64,000 bases of DNA from Aplysia californica (taxonomy: Eukaryota). The stretch is taken from NCBI RefSeq assembly GCF_000002075.1, contig NW_004797973.1:278273-342272 (forward strand), given 5' to 3'. The position numbers and the translations under genes are program-made. This document shows, in pieces, positions 1 to 11,344 of the stretch. Each line of letters begins with the position of its first letter. Within the stretch, counting starts at the first letter, position 1. A model generated the notes under the pieces. That model was not told the DNA's origin. It saw only the letters and a list, made by a program, of their open reading frames with translations, and searched no databases.

Positions 1-143
1 CGAAAGCAGGCGACAGTACATTGCTAGAGAGCAGGAAATGAGGTGAAAGGAGACAAATTTAGAGAATAAAATTTTTCGGTCGCTACCCCGGGACCTTTTG
101 AATGAGAGGCCAACACCTTAACCTCTTGGCCACGAGAGCCCCC
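1..143 (-). mobile_element. Meta/MESC-type tRNA-derived SINE, 5' part
   Basis: Reverse complement matches the head of the 36633 copy (GGGGGCTCTCGTGGCC..GAGGTTAAGGTGTT). Confidence 0.75.
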
Positions 144-266
144 TTAAGTTATTGAGTTTCGGATACAAAATGTACAGTCAACCGCTTGAGTGTCTGTTAA
201 CCTTGCGTAAATTTGGGGCTAAATCCCAAGAAAAAGATGAATTCATTTAAGAAGAGACGTCCTGAG

Positions 267-436
267 TGGGTGGTTGGCGGGTGCTCTGGTGTGGTTTGCT
301 CCTTCTTTCCTCTTAAACATCTATCGTCCTTATCTCTCCTCCTTTGTTGTTACTCTCTTGTAACACCTCTAATCTTCGGCACTTATATGACCTTATTGTG
401 TTTCAAGTGCCGTAAAACTTTGTACTAAACTAAACT
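267..436 (+). mobile_element. ~170-bp short retroposon with no tRNA head (family copy)
   Basis: 15-bp TSD AAGAGACGTCCTGAG (252-266 and 437-451), (CTAAA)n tail. Other copies at ~34006-34193, 35773-35953, 37510-37690(-), 37884-38050, 39354-39685, 40203-40352(-), 46598-46730(-), 48195-48256(-), 51506-51690, 51927-52088(-). Confidence 0.85.
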
Positions 437-574
437 AAGAGACGTCCTGAGCTAGTGGTGTACACACCTCCAATTACTTAGTTCACTCATTATCCCTTGT
501 TTTGGTGACAACTTCAGAATTATACTCACTGAAATTGAGCTAACATCTTGTTACACGTACCAGGTACTTTGTCA

Positions 575-1620
575 TTTTGTAGCTGTCATCTTCAATTTTC
601 AATGGCGAGTAGTACCATGGACAAAGTCAACCTTGCTCAAAGTCAACACTTTTTTTCGATCCTCAATTCCACTGTACGTTGTAATTTGTTTTATTTGTAA
701 CCAAGGCACTTTTGAAGTTGACAGGAGTCTCAATTTTTTTCGTATTAGTAAAATAAGTAAGGAAGAGTGTACCGGTATGCAAATGCAAGAAACGTGTTTT
801 TTTGTTTTTTTATAAAGTCCCCAAAAAGGTGTAAGATTATATTTGTACAGCCCCTTAGCAAGTTTTTAAGGAGAGTCCATGTTTCTTCAACGTTCTTTGA
901 ACTGGTGTCTTGGTTTTCTAGTCTCTTTGTTCGAGATCTCGTCCTCAACGCTCTGCACCTTGCCCTCCTCTTCATTGAGTTTTCCTCAATTTATTTTCTC
1001 TGAATGTTTCTTCTTCTGTTTTCGCGTGGGTTTTTTTTTTCTTTACTCATCATCATCACTGGTCGGTGGTGATCTGTATTAAAATAATGGTGATGTTTGG
1101 GATTGGTCTTGCATCAGTTGTTTTTGTTCTGTGGGCGATTCGTCTCAGTATGAAGTCTGTAACTGTGACTGTGAGGAAATTTCTAGGTTGCTCCATTTGT
1201 ACCACGACTGGGTTTGACTTGGCCTGTGCTGGTAAAAGTAAAAATAAAAAATATTTGTGATGTTTCATTCATACTCTGCACAGAGAGCTAAGTAATAGTT
1301 GTTCCCCATTATAGTTACAATTTGAACTGTTGTCACCGTGTGGTCCAAGGTAGTTCTCCCATGGTGTCCTTCTTGGGCCTGTACGTGTCCATTGATGTCT
1401 CCGATTATCATGATTAGTTCCTCCTCATCAGGTACGCTGTCTATGGTGTCCGCCAACTTCTGAAAAAATTCTTCTTTATCTTCCTCAAGGGGCGTAAACT
1501 TGGATGATCAGTTTCACTTTTTTGCGCTTTCACTTTCTGTACATGTATTCTGACTTTCAAGATCCTTTCGGAACTCTTTCTGCTGTGTCAGGTTGTATTG
1601 TAATGAATCCCACACCATGA
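575..1620 (-). mobile_element. Degenerate RTE-like LINE fragment (AP-endonuclease region)
   Basis: Broken frames encode HGVGFI, IIQVYAP and EEDKEEFFQKLADTIDSVPDEEELIMIIGDINGHV. Confidence 0.75.
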
Positions 1621-1904
1621 ATAGCTATCTCTCTCATATATATATATATATTACTCCACTCCATATTACATTTGTATAAGTATGTGTTCACACATCGGTG
1701 ACACATCTGTGTTAGTATAAGTAGATCTATGTGTGTGTGAACTGTAACAAGATGATCTCAGCATCATGTGTTCAAACTCGAACCAAGACTCTAATCAGCT
1801 ATCATGTGCAGAGCAAAACAGGACAATGATCCTGTGCTTGGGAAATCAACGAAACGATTAACGAACAATGTTACAACTAAGAGTACTTTAAAAAAAAACA
1901 ACTT

Positions 1905-2292
1905 ATAGTAGAGGGTTTTTAGGCGCTCGCAACTGCATAAGGTCATATGAGTTCCAAGGGGTGAGTGTCAACAGAGAAATCTTTACAGGGAATCAGACTT
2001 CCTCTGCTCACCTCTCTAGCTTCAACAGCACAAAGTCTGCTTCAACTATCTATCAAGGCACCCCGGAAATAGCAGGACACAAGAGTGTGACAAACATACA
2101 AAAGAAGTAGAGGAAAATGACAATAGTAAGGATAAGGAAAGAAAAAGAAGCAGTTCCCTGTTGTAGATCAGGCACAGTTATGAGCGTGACATGAATCAGC
2201 CCATTTACAATTCTACTGTGCTAGAACGAGAAATGTCCCTCCTTTGGGAATGGCCTAAAGACACTTCAGTTAGTGGCACTGCCTCGGGGGGA
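1905..2292 (-). mobile_element. Non-autonomous retroposon or LINE 3'UTR sharing the ...ATATGACCTTATGCAGTTGCGAGCGCC tail
   Basis: Near-identical copy at ~46005-46395 and a partial copy at ~14452-14612. Confidence 0.75.
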
Positions 2293-2485
2293 CAGAATAA
2301 GACTGAATCGTTAATAATTAAACATGTGTAATAATATAATAAGCCAACACATTTCAGACATTTGCATACATCACACTTTATTTTTTTATTTCACACTCAA
2401 GAGTTTCGAGAAGCACTCATGTGAGAGAGTTTAGAGAGGCACTCACTGGTGCTGTTGAAGCTAGAGAGGAAGCATATTATTTATT

Positions 2486-2921
2486 TGTGAGGCAGCGTGG
2501 TGGAATCAGGCTCTCGTCAATTTCTGGTCATATTGAGTTATTTGCATCATCTTAAAGCTTGTTCACTTGTCTTTATTTGGGTGAAAAAAATATCCATTTA
2601 TCTTGAATACAGGTCGAGATATTTGCAAATGAAGGAGGTGGGGTCACCTGTTTTCAGAGGTGAAATTAGTGAGAAAACGGCAGTCAAAGATTAGTTATTT
2701 CCTTAGCTTAAGAGTCCGAGGTAACTGAAATTTTACATTTTTCGTGCTTTTAATCAACGTGTTTCAGAAAAATCCACTCACGCATTTCTTTAATGGGCAT
2801 GAAAGGTGTTGAACCAAAAAAAAAAAAAAAAAAGATAAAAATTCACAAACCTGCAGAAAAATGCAAGTTTGTGAACTTTGATTATTTTGACGAGAGCCTG
2901 ATTCCACCACGCTGCCTCACA
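2486..2921. mobile_element. MITE family A (TIR TGTGAGGCAGCGTGGTGGAATCAGGCTCTCGTCAA, ~435 bp)
   Basis: Perfect ~35-bp TIRs. Other copies at 4335-4772 (nested in 4130-5115), ~15295-15600, 32437-32872, 34454-34887, ~50665-51075. Confidence 0.85.
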
Positions 2922-3345
2922 TTTCTGTTTTTGTGTTCTAGTTATTCGTCAGTAATATAACTATGTTCCAATAGTAATTGTGAGTGTATCTTAGAAGAGC
3001 AGATCATCAGTTTTAAATTGTCGAAAACTTAAGGGAGAGATGTTAAGTTTACTTAGTTATTGTGAAGTTACTCGAGTTGACGTAAGGACAGAACTACGTC
3101 CTAACTGTTGAACAACTTCCTGTCCTGTGAGTAAACATTAAACACGAGCTATCTGTTCAAACTCACACTTCAGACTCTTCATTTATTAAATTAAATTGTA
3201 TGAACATCTCACAAAACAGGTAATACACTATTGGACACTATCATACGCACATTTATCTGCTAATCAGTCAGGTGGCGTCAATATCATCTTAGAAAAGGGC
3301 CACGGACCAAAAAAAAAAAAAAAAAAAAAAGGTCTACTTATTATT

Positions 3346-3525
3346 CTGTCCCCGTGGTTTTATGCAAAACAAAATTCTGAAATTATGCAAACTGAGCCCA
3401 AAAAAGTGAAATTATGCGATTCTGTTAATTTTAACAAAGAATGATAAAGGAAAATAATCAAAAATTAAGCACAAAATGACAAAATTTTGCTAAATTTTGC
3501 AGAGTGCATAAAACCAAGGGGACAG
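3346..3525. mobile_element. ~180-bp MITE (TIR CTGTCCCC..GGTTTTATGCA)
   Basis: TIRs; inverted copy at 61118-61303. Confidence 0.75.
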
Positions 3526-4129
3526 ATTAATGAGCTGTCATGACTTCTAAAACTACCCTTCATTTATTATTGTGGAGGAAAAATGGATAAAAAGTACTCA
3601 CAACTTTCAGAATCACAACTTCCACTCTCACACACAACAATACTCTCGACATGTGCACATTCTCAGATCAAACCAATTTTCTGTACAGGTACATAATATT
3701 AACAACTAATACACATGACGGCTTCTTACTTTATGATAATTAAGAAAGAAAAACAAAGGTCTGATCAGTCTTCAATAATATCAACATAATAGAGACTCAC
3801 AAAACTTGTTGAGGAAAGAACATGTATGATGTATGTATTTCATTGAAGAAGAAATAAAATAAGATGTAGGCCAACAGTATAACACGGATAGTTCGAATTC
3901 GTTGGGACCGGTCTCGGTAGTTCGAAGGATATCTTACAAAGATAACTTTAAGTCAAAGAAGAAAAAAAAAGGGACCGCAAGCACAGTTCGACGGATGCCT
4001 GATTTCGAGTTCGAGTCTTCTGTGTTGGACCTATCCCTGTTATACTGTACAAAAACATAAGCATTCTGCAAACCTATTACAAATCAACACCCCCTTCCTT
4101 GAAGTTCAAGGACGAGCAAGCATTTGAGT

Positions 4130-5115
4130 CACAACGGGGTGGAATCAGGCGCTCATCCATTTTTGGACATGTGGAGTTATTATTAGATCTAGTATCATTT
4201 TAATGCTTGTTCATTAGTCTTGCGCTCGGTAAAAAAATACTCATACTCATATCATTATGTTTAGAATTATTCGACATATTGCGATTGAAGGAGGTGGGGG
4301 TCGCCTGGTTTCAGAGGTAAAATTAGTGAGAAAATGTGAGGCAGCGTGGTGGAATCAGGCTCTCGTCAATTTTTGGGCAGGTAGAGTTTTTGGTATCATC
4401 TTAAAGCTTGTTTGTTTGTCATTATATTGGTGAAAAAAAATATCAATTTATCTTAAATACAAGTCGAGATATTTGCGAAAGAAGGAGGGGGAGGTCACCT
4501 ATTTTCAGAGGTAAAATTAGTGAGGAAATCGCCGCCAAAGATTATTTATTTTCTTAGCTTTAAGAGTCCGTGGTAACTGAAAATTTTCATTTTTAGTGCC
4601 TTTATTCAACGTTTTTCAGAAAATTTTCCGCAGAGATCAGTTATTTAATAGGCATGAAAGGTGAAAAAAAACAAAAATTTGATAAAAATCTGTAAATAAA
4701 CCTGCGGAAAAATGCAGGTTTCTTCACTCTGAGTATTTTGACGAGAGCCTGATTCCACCACGCTGTCTCACAAATGGCCGTCAATGTTTGCCAACCTCCA
4801 AAGCAGAGCTTGAGAGCCATTACAAACTGCAGATTTACATTTTTGTGCCTTAAATCAACATTTGTCAGTAAAATCCACACAGAAATGTGTTTTTAAGTGG
4901 ACCTTAAACTAAAAGGTGTTTCGTCCAAAAAAAACCAAAAGTCTAAAACTTTCCTAAAGGACAGGAAAAGCGGGTTTCTTTGATTTCATTATTTGGACAA
5001 CCGCCTGATTTTACCACGATGCTGGATTTCATTATTTGGACAAGCGCCTGATTTCACCACGATGCTTGATTTCATTATTTGGACAAGCGCCTGATTTCAC
5101 CACGATGCCTCACAT
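4130..5115. mobile_element. Older family-A MITE containing a younger nested copy (4335-4772) and a 43-bp x3 terminal duplication
   Basis: The host sequence resumes after the inner TIR (gagaaaa|...|aatggcc). Confidence 0.75.
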
Positions 5116-5331
5116 TTGTTTTAGAGAGAATTCCTTTCCCTTCAAATGGACGTTGTCACGTACGTAGAGCAGGATGAGACCAGAAACAGATGGCAAGACA
5201 ACAATCAGCTCCGGGAAAATAGCTTCTCACGACGGATTTCCTGCCTTTTTAAATTTCTCCTTCCAGTACTTCTACTACTACTATTATTATTATGCTAAAA
5301 TGAAATCTTCTAGCAAACATCTTCTCGATTA

Positions 5332-7420
5332 CAGGGTGACTGCCAACCCGGCTTCTCAATTTTCCAAGGGGACTCATCCATTTTCCAGGGGCATGTTGCA
5401 TAACAATGACATCGTGTTCTATATATATTATAATTATATATTTAAACACACACACACATTTATAATATATATCAATAATATACATTGTGTGTCAACAACA
5501 TGCCAGTGTGGTGTTGGGGTCTTGTGTGACTTTGGTATATCAGTCTGTTCTTACTTTTTCATATTTTCCCCTCATCATATTCGCTTTTATATAAAAATTA
5601 TATCAAAATGAATCCTGTTTTGAGCCTGAGAAAGGTCCTAAAACCAGAATATCGACTGTCAGGTACCAGTCTGGGAGTCAAGATTGATCAAATAAACGTG
5701 AAAAACAACAAATACTGCTCAAACTCAAAGTAGAGTAATAACTTGAATGGCTCAAGTAGACCTAGTCAGTGTGAGAGGTGTAAGAACTCTGGGAGGGCAA
5801 GATGCAGTGACACTGTGAAAATCTGCTAATCTTGAACAAAAAGCTAAAATTATAAAAATAATCTACTATCACCCACCCAACGAAACGCAAACCCTTTAGT
5901 TAAAAATCACGCCTTACCGGCTCTTATAGGTATGAGTAGTATGACGGATCTCGATTCACAAGGCCAGCACCAACGTCACGCGCGCTCCGCAGAGAGCTCT
6001 TGTAAGTACAGTCAAACCTGCCCTGACGGCCACCTCTATAAGACGGCCACTTTCCATTCCCCCCCTTGCGTTTTTTCTATATAATTTAACTGAGTAAAAA
6101 GGGCACCTGTCCAACCATATTTTAACACACAACCCCTATCACACCAAGCAATAACACCTGTCTTAGACGGCCACCTAAGCGACTCCATTACGTTTTGTCA
6201 TAAATTATGCATTGGCCCCTGGCGTTGTGGGCGAGCTGTCATAATTCAATCACCTGTCGTTGTTGTTAGGTAGTCCCTCCAACCGATCATGTTGCGTAGG
6301 CCCCTCCCACTGTTGACCAATAGCTACCAATTTTCAGCTGCTGGTGAGGTAAGTGTGTGATCCTTCATAACTCATAAGCCCCGCCCAGAACTTATACACA
6401 AATCGTAAGTGAGATGAGTGGTCACTGTCTGTAACAAAGCAACAATGGATGTCCACATGAATTTGTGACAGAAGCGTCGCGTGTGCTCCTAGAGGTGGCG
6501 ACCCATGTGTTTGTTTTAACATGGCACTTGGTCTTCCTCGTCTAACACATTTCGCTTTATTGCCACCCTTGTGCAAAATCAGCAACAAAATACAAACCGA
6601 CAACAACAATGTGGCTACTTTCGATTGGGACCTCAGATGAGAATGGTTTGTTTTCTTCATCTTGATCAGTCCTGCCTAAGACGGCCACCTGTCTTATACG
6701 GCCACTTTTCTCCTTGACAATGGGTGGTCGTCTTACACAGGTTTGACTGTAATCAAAATTCAAAACGCTTAAGTTTGCTTCCAAGTTCACTTTTTGTCCT
6801 CTGGTGTTGCCTACAACCACCCCCCCTCCCCCGAGTGTATCTTATGAAAAATATAAGAAAAAATCAATAACCCCCCAGCCCTATAATTCACAGCGCTCAG
6901 ACTCGAACTTCGAGTGAAAGGTTGACTGAACGGTCACGAAGGCGAGCCCAACAAGACACTTGTTTAACTTTCTTTTCTTTTTTTCACAAGTGACAGCACA
7001 GGACAAACTAATATTGATTTATTTTCATGGTGACACAGTATTTGTAATGCACAATCTGCAGGTTACGAATGTTGCGTTATCAATATCAGACTATTACTAT
7101 GACCAGCAAATTTCTGGGTGGTAACCAAAGCAGGTCTTGATTCTCCGGATCGAGCCTCATTATCACACACATAGCCTTCACTTCCGCTTGCCGCCATGGC
7201 TGCCTGTTCGCGCGAAACATACTGAACTCTCTGATCGGGAAGAAGCGAATTAATAATATCATAATCGTGACCGGCAAAAATGAACTGCAGGACATTATCG
7301 GAATTGGTTTTATGTATTTTCCCGGGTCTTTCCCAGGGCAATTTACAGATTACCTCAAATTCCTGGGGCATTCCCGGGTCTCGGCAATTTTTTTCAAATT
7401 CCCGGGGCCCAGTCACCCTG
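5332..7420. mobile_element. hAT-like non-autonomous element (TIR CAGGGTGACTG) interrupted by a family-B MITE
   Basis: 11-bp perfect TIR; interior homologous to ~46940-47990. No clean 8-bp TSD seen. Confidence 0.55.
6009..6749. mobile_element. Tc1/mariner(pogo)-type MITE family B (TA|CAGTCAAACCTG...CAGGTTTGACTG|TA)
   Basis: TIRs and TA TSD. Copies at 25438-26284, 52417-53166 (inverted), partial 59900-60020 and 60473-60657. Confidence 0.85.
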
Positions 7421-7804
7421 ATTGCATCACGCTTAAAGTCTGGTATAGATATCTATCATTTTTACTGGACTGTCCTGCTCAGTTCAATTGGCCCAAATAG
7501 CTTCTCATGTCCTGTTACTGTTGAATCTGTTGATGGAATTGGCCCCGTTTCATTTCTGTAAATCCATTGTTTGAGTTTTGTGTGTTGTATTTTTTAGTCT
7601 GAACCAGTAAACACGGTTTTCTGTATTTTGTACGGTACCCCAAAATGACTCTATACACTATGCCACCAATGCGCCCCCTTTAAGCTTCACATGATAATGA
7701 TTACAACAATACTGACCAAGAGACTTTTGCACCGTTCTGTTTTAAGAGAAACAAAACCTGGGCTGGCAAAACACCACCAGGCCCTAGACCAGACATGGCT
7801 AACA

Positions 7805-10800
7805 CTAAGACAGCATTCTCACTCCATGGATCTGCAGCATGTGAGACTCCAAGCCCGGCTGTTCCGTGAACCTACGCCGACACATCTTGCAGCTGAACGG
7901 CCTACCACGTGTCCCAGACTGCATCAAACGCTGGCTCACACCCACAAGATCTTTATGCTCAACACTCCTCTCGGCAATCAAGTCATCATCACTGTCACTT
8001 TTTCTCTCTTCTTCAACTCTTGTTTTCTTCATTTTATTCTTTCCTCTCCATCTGCTGACCGGTGTGCTAGGCTCTACTTCAGCCTCTTCAACCCCAGCTC
8101 GTTCTTTCCCCATTTGTGCAGCATTTTCTTTACTTTCACTACTAAACTCCTGCGTGAGGTTGGACGAAGACTGTGTATCTCGACCTTGCTCTTTGTGAGT
8201 GAGAGAGTGTGCTCGGAGAGATGCGACTTGAGAGAAGTCCTTGTCGCAAGTCTCACACTTGTACAGCCTCAGGTGGCTGTTGGCGTGGATTTTGAGACCA
8301 CGGGGCGTGCCGAACGTCTTGGAGCACTCCGGGCACGTGAAGCGGCCCTTCTTTTCCTTGAGCACCACCAACGTTCGCTGCACCACTTCTTTCCTGCTCT
8401 CTGCAGCGGAGGCGGAGTCATTCAAAACACCGTCAGCCCCCGCAGGGTGGTGGGCAGACACTTCACTCACTTCGGACGCTTGGTCTTGCGACGATTGATC
8501 TTGAACCTCGCTCACTTGGGACACCTGGTTCGGCGCTGATTCAGTTACAGTCTCACCCTCTGCACACACTTCTGCATCATTCTCAGCCGTGGCAGGGCCG
8601 GCCGTCACCGAGTCTATTGTCTTTTTCACTGCTGTCCTGATCCGCTGCACCTTTTCCTGCCTCAGCCCTAAAGAGGCAGACGTGCGACTCTGCTGCGGCG
8701 TGATCCCACTCCCTTTGATGACCCCAAGCACGCCGAGACAGGATCGCTGGTGCACTTTGGTCAGGTGCTTGTCCTCAAACACTTTGCCGCAGTGTCTGCA
8801 GGCGGTGGGCCGCGCAAATGTGTTCATGTGTCGGATCAGAGCTTCGTACACCATGAAAGGTTTGTCACATGGCTGGCAGATATAGCGCTCTTTCCCAGTC
8901 TCAATACTGACAGTTGTGATCACCGTCGGCTGGTAAGGTGTGGGGTCAGGCTGTTGACCATCCTCAGCATTCTCCTCTGCATCACCTTCCTCTCCTGCAT
9001 CCTCCAAGCGAGCAGGCGTCACGCTATCGTTGTTTTCAGAAGTTTCGTTTTCCTCTTTCATCAAATGTTTGCACTGCTTTTTGAAATGGCTCATGAGCAG
9101 ATAACGGCGGGAGAAACCTTTGCCACAAACCTGACAGACGTACGGCTTCTTGTGGTTCAGGCTGTGTTTCTTCAGGGCATGCTCACTGCTGAACTTTTTC
9201 GGGCACTCGGTACACTCAAACGGACGAACGTCTTTGTGCATGCGCACGTGGTACCTCATGAGGCTTTTCTGGAAGGAGTGCATGGTCTTGCCACAAATGT
9301 TGCACAGGATCATCTTCTGCTGCTCTAGGACAGTTATGTCCTGCATGTCATCCCCTTCCCCATCCTCGTGCTTCTTCTTGAAGTGTTTGCGCATGAGGTA
9401 TCTCCTGATGAAGCCTTTGTTGCACACCGGACAGGTGTAAGGCCTCGTGTGGTTCTGCAGGTGCTTCTTCAGCATGTGTCTGGCATAAAAACTTTTACTG
9501 CACTGCGGACACTTGAACGGCCGCACGTTTAAGTGCATCAGAATGTGGGTTTTCATGAAACTCCGGAAGCGGAATTCTAACCCACAGATAAGACAGCTGA
9601 ACCCGACTGAGTTTTCCAGCGGTCTGTAATGGTCTTCAACATTTTCTGACAACCCTGCAGAATTCTCCAGCAACGAAGGAGGCTCGGCTGTTTCCGAAGA
9701 AGGAATCGTCGGAGTCAGGTCTCCCTCGGTTTTCAGCCCACCTGCCTTGACACGATCGTCAAATGCGTGCACTCGTAGATGCCTGATCACATTGGTCTTG
9801 CTTTTGAGAATTTTCCCACACAAATTACACTGGCATCGGAGGTCTTCCAGCACTGTGAAGCGACTGTCGTGATCCATGACGGGGCAGCCTTTCTGCAAGT
9901 GTTTCTCCAGATACAGAGGTTTGGAGAAAGCGGCGGTGCACGTGGGGCACTTCACAGGCTTGGTGTGCGTCTTGTAGTGGTGCACCAGGTCAGCCTTGTC
10001 GCGGAACGACTTGGAGCAGCGCTCGCAGACAAACGGACGCTTGTTTGTGTGCCGAATCAAATGCCTGGACAACGTTGGCCGAGTGAAAATCATCTTCTTG
10101 CAGTGACCACATTTGTAAATAACCGACTTTTTCTTCATGTGCAACTCCTCCGGCCCCTGCTGATCCTTTCCGCTGGGAGCAACCACAAAGTCGGACCCTT
10201 CTCCAACCACATCTCCAGCCACAGAGCCAACCGTTCCTTTCTCTGCGGCTTCAAGCATTGTTCCCTCCTCGGTAACATTTTCAGCTTTTTCATCTACTTG
10301 TCCATCATTTTCTTTACCCTCTGACTCCTGCTTCACACCATCAACCGCCTCCTTCCCACCGGCGACAGCTTCTGTTCCACTCTGCTCCACCTCCCTCTTC
10401 TCGTCTTCTCCGAGCAGCATGGACAAACTAAACTCCTGCACCATCTGGCCGTGCTCGTTGCGCGAACTCTTGACCTTCACCTCGTGGAACGTGTTGCCGA
10501 ACTGGATGAAGCGCTTCTTGCCGTGGTGCTTCATGTGCATGACCAGCTGCACTTTCCGCAGATACAGCCGGTGGCAGATGGGGCAGCGGTGCTGGCGTTT
10601 GTGGATGAGGCTGTGCTTGCGCAGGGAGCTCACGTCATTGAACTGCTTGAAGCACACCAGGCAGCGGTGAGGCTTCTCCCCTGTGTGAACCACCTGGTGC
10701 CGCTCCAGCGCATTTTGGTTCGAGAACTCGTTGTGGCACACAGGGCACACCGGCCTCTTCTTCTTCTTCCCTAAAATAGACTTCTCCTCCAGCCCCGACA

Positions 10801-11344
10801 GTTCGTCTCCTCCCTCCAGGGGACTCGCAAAATTCTCTTGCCCATCTGAGACAAAAATCTGGGGAATGTCTCCTTCAGCTTGAAGCTGCCCAGATAACGC
10901 TGGAGGCGCCTCTATCATGACGCTGTACTCTCCCTTGATTCTTCCATCACAAAACAGGGTCTGCTGCACAATGGAATCCAAATCGGCAATATTCGGCTCC
11001 ACCGAGGTCGGCTTGATGCTGATTATGTCCGTAGGGGCAGTAATCTGATCCTCGACATGCCCCGTGATGATGGAAGGGTCAAGGACTTCCATCTGAACAT
11101 GAGCTGTCGGCTCCCGTGGTAGCAGAGACAGGGGCGACTGCTTCAGCAGCGAAATTTTGTTTCTGGAGACGCCGCCAATGCCATCAGTCACGAACGGCTG
11201 AGACAATGCCGAGCTGTCTTTTTTGCCCTGGGGTCTGTCCAGAACTTGAGGCTTGGGGGGGAGGCTGAGGATGCCGGCTTGCTCCAAGGCTTTCAACGGA
11301 GCCAGTTGGGAGTAGTCCAGGGTGGGGTCCTGAAGCTCAAACAT
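7805..11344 (-). CDS. Zinc-finger gene large terminal coding exon (3540 nt)
   Basis: Uninterrupted GC-rich ORF with ~18 zinc fingers; stop TAG at 7805-7807. Confidence 0.95.
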   Translation of the reverse strand: MFELQDPTLDYSQLAPLKALEQAGILSLPPKPQVLDRPQGKKDSSALSQPFVTDGIGGVSRNKISLLKQSPLSLLPREPTAHVQMEVLDPSIITGHVEDQITAPTDIISIKPTSVEPNIADLDSIVQQTLFCDGRIKGEYSVMIEAPPALSGQLQAEGDIPQIFVSDGQENFASPLEGGDELSGLEEKSILGKKKKRPVCPVCHNEFSNQNALERHQVVHTGEKPHRCLVCFKQFNDVSSLRKHSLIHKRQHRCPICHRLYLRKVQLVMHMKHHGKKRFIQFGNTFHEVKVKSSRNEHGQMVQEFSLSMLLGEDEKREVEQSGTEAVAGGKEAVDGVKQESEGKENDGQVDEKAENVTEEGTMLEAAEKGTVGSVAGDVVGEGSDFVVAPSGKDQQGPEELHMKKKSVIYKCGHCKKMIFTRPTLSRHLIRHTNKRPFVCERCSKSFRDKADLVHHYKTHTKPVKCPTCTAAFSKPLYLEKHLQKGCPVMDHDSRFTVLEDLRCQCNLCGKILKSKTNVIRHLRVHAFDDRVKAGGLKTEGDLTPTIPSSETAEPPSLLENSAGLSENVEDHYRPLENSVGFSCLICGLEFRFRSFMKTHILMHLNVRPFKCPQCSKSFYARHMLKKHLQNHTRPYTCPVCNKGFIRRYLMRKHFKKKHEDGEGDDMQDITVLEQQKMILCNICGKTMHSFQKSLMRYHVRMHKDVRPFECTECPKKFSSEHALKKHSLNHKKPYVCQVCGKGFSRRYLLMSHFKKQCKHLMKEENETSENNDSVTPARLEDAGEEGDAEENAEDGQQPDPTPYQPTVITTVSIETGKERYICQPCDKPFMVYEALIRHMNTFARPTACRHCGKVFEDKHLTKVHQRSCLGVLGVIKGSGITPQQSRTSASLGLRQEKVQRIRTAVKKTIDSVTAGPATAENDAEVCAEGETVTESAPNQVSQVSEVQDQSSQDQASEVSEVSAHHPAGADGVLNDSASAAESRKEVVQRTLVVLKEKKGRFTCPECSKTFGTPRGLKIHANSHLRLYKCETCDKDFSQVASLRAHSLTHKEQGRDTQSSSNLTQEFSSESKENAAQMGKERAGVEEAEVEPSTPVSRWRGKNKMKKTRVEEERKSDSDDDLIAERSVEHKDLVGVSQRLMQSGTRGRPFSCKMCRRRFTEQPGLESHMLQIHGVRMLS

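Noticed and set aside
7691-10774. Several long plus-strand ORFs (282, 192, 181 aa etc.)
   Set aside because: Antisense shadows of the GC-rich zinc-finger exon with no recognisable domains.
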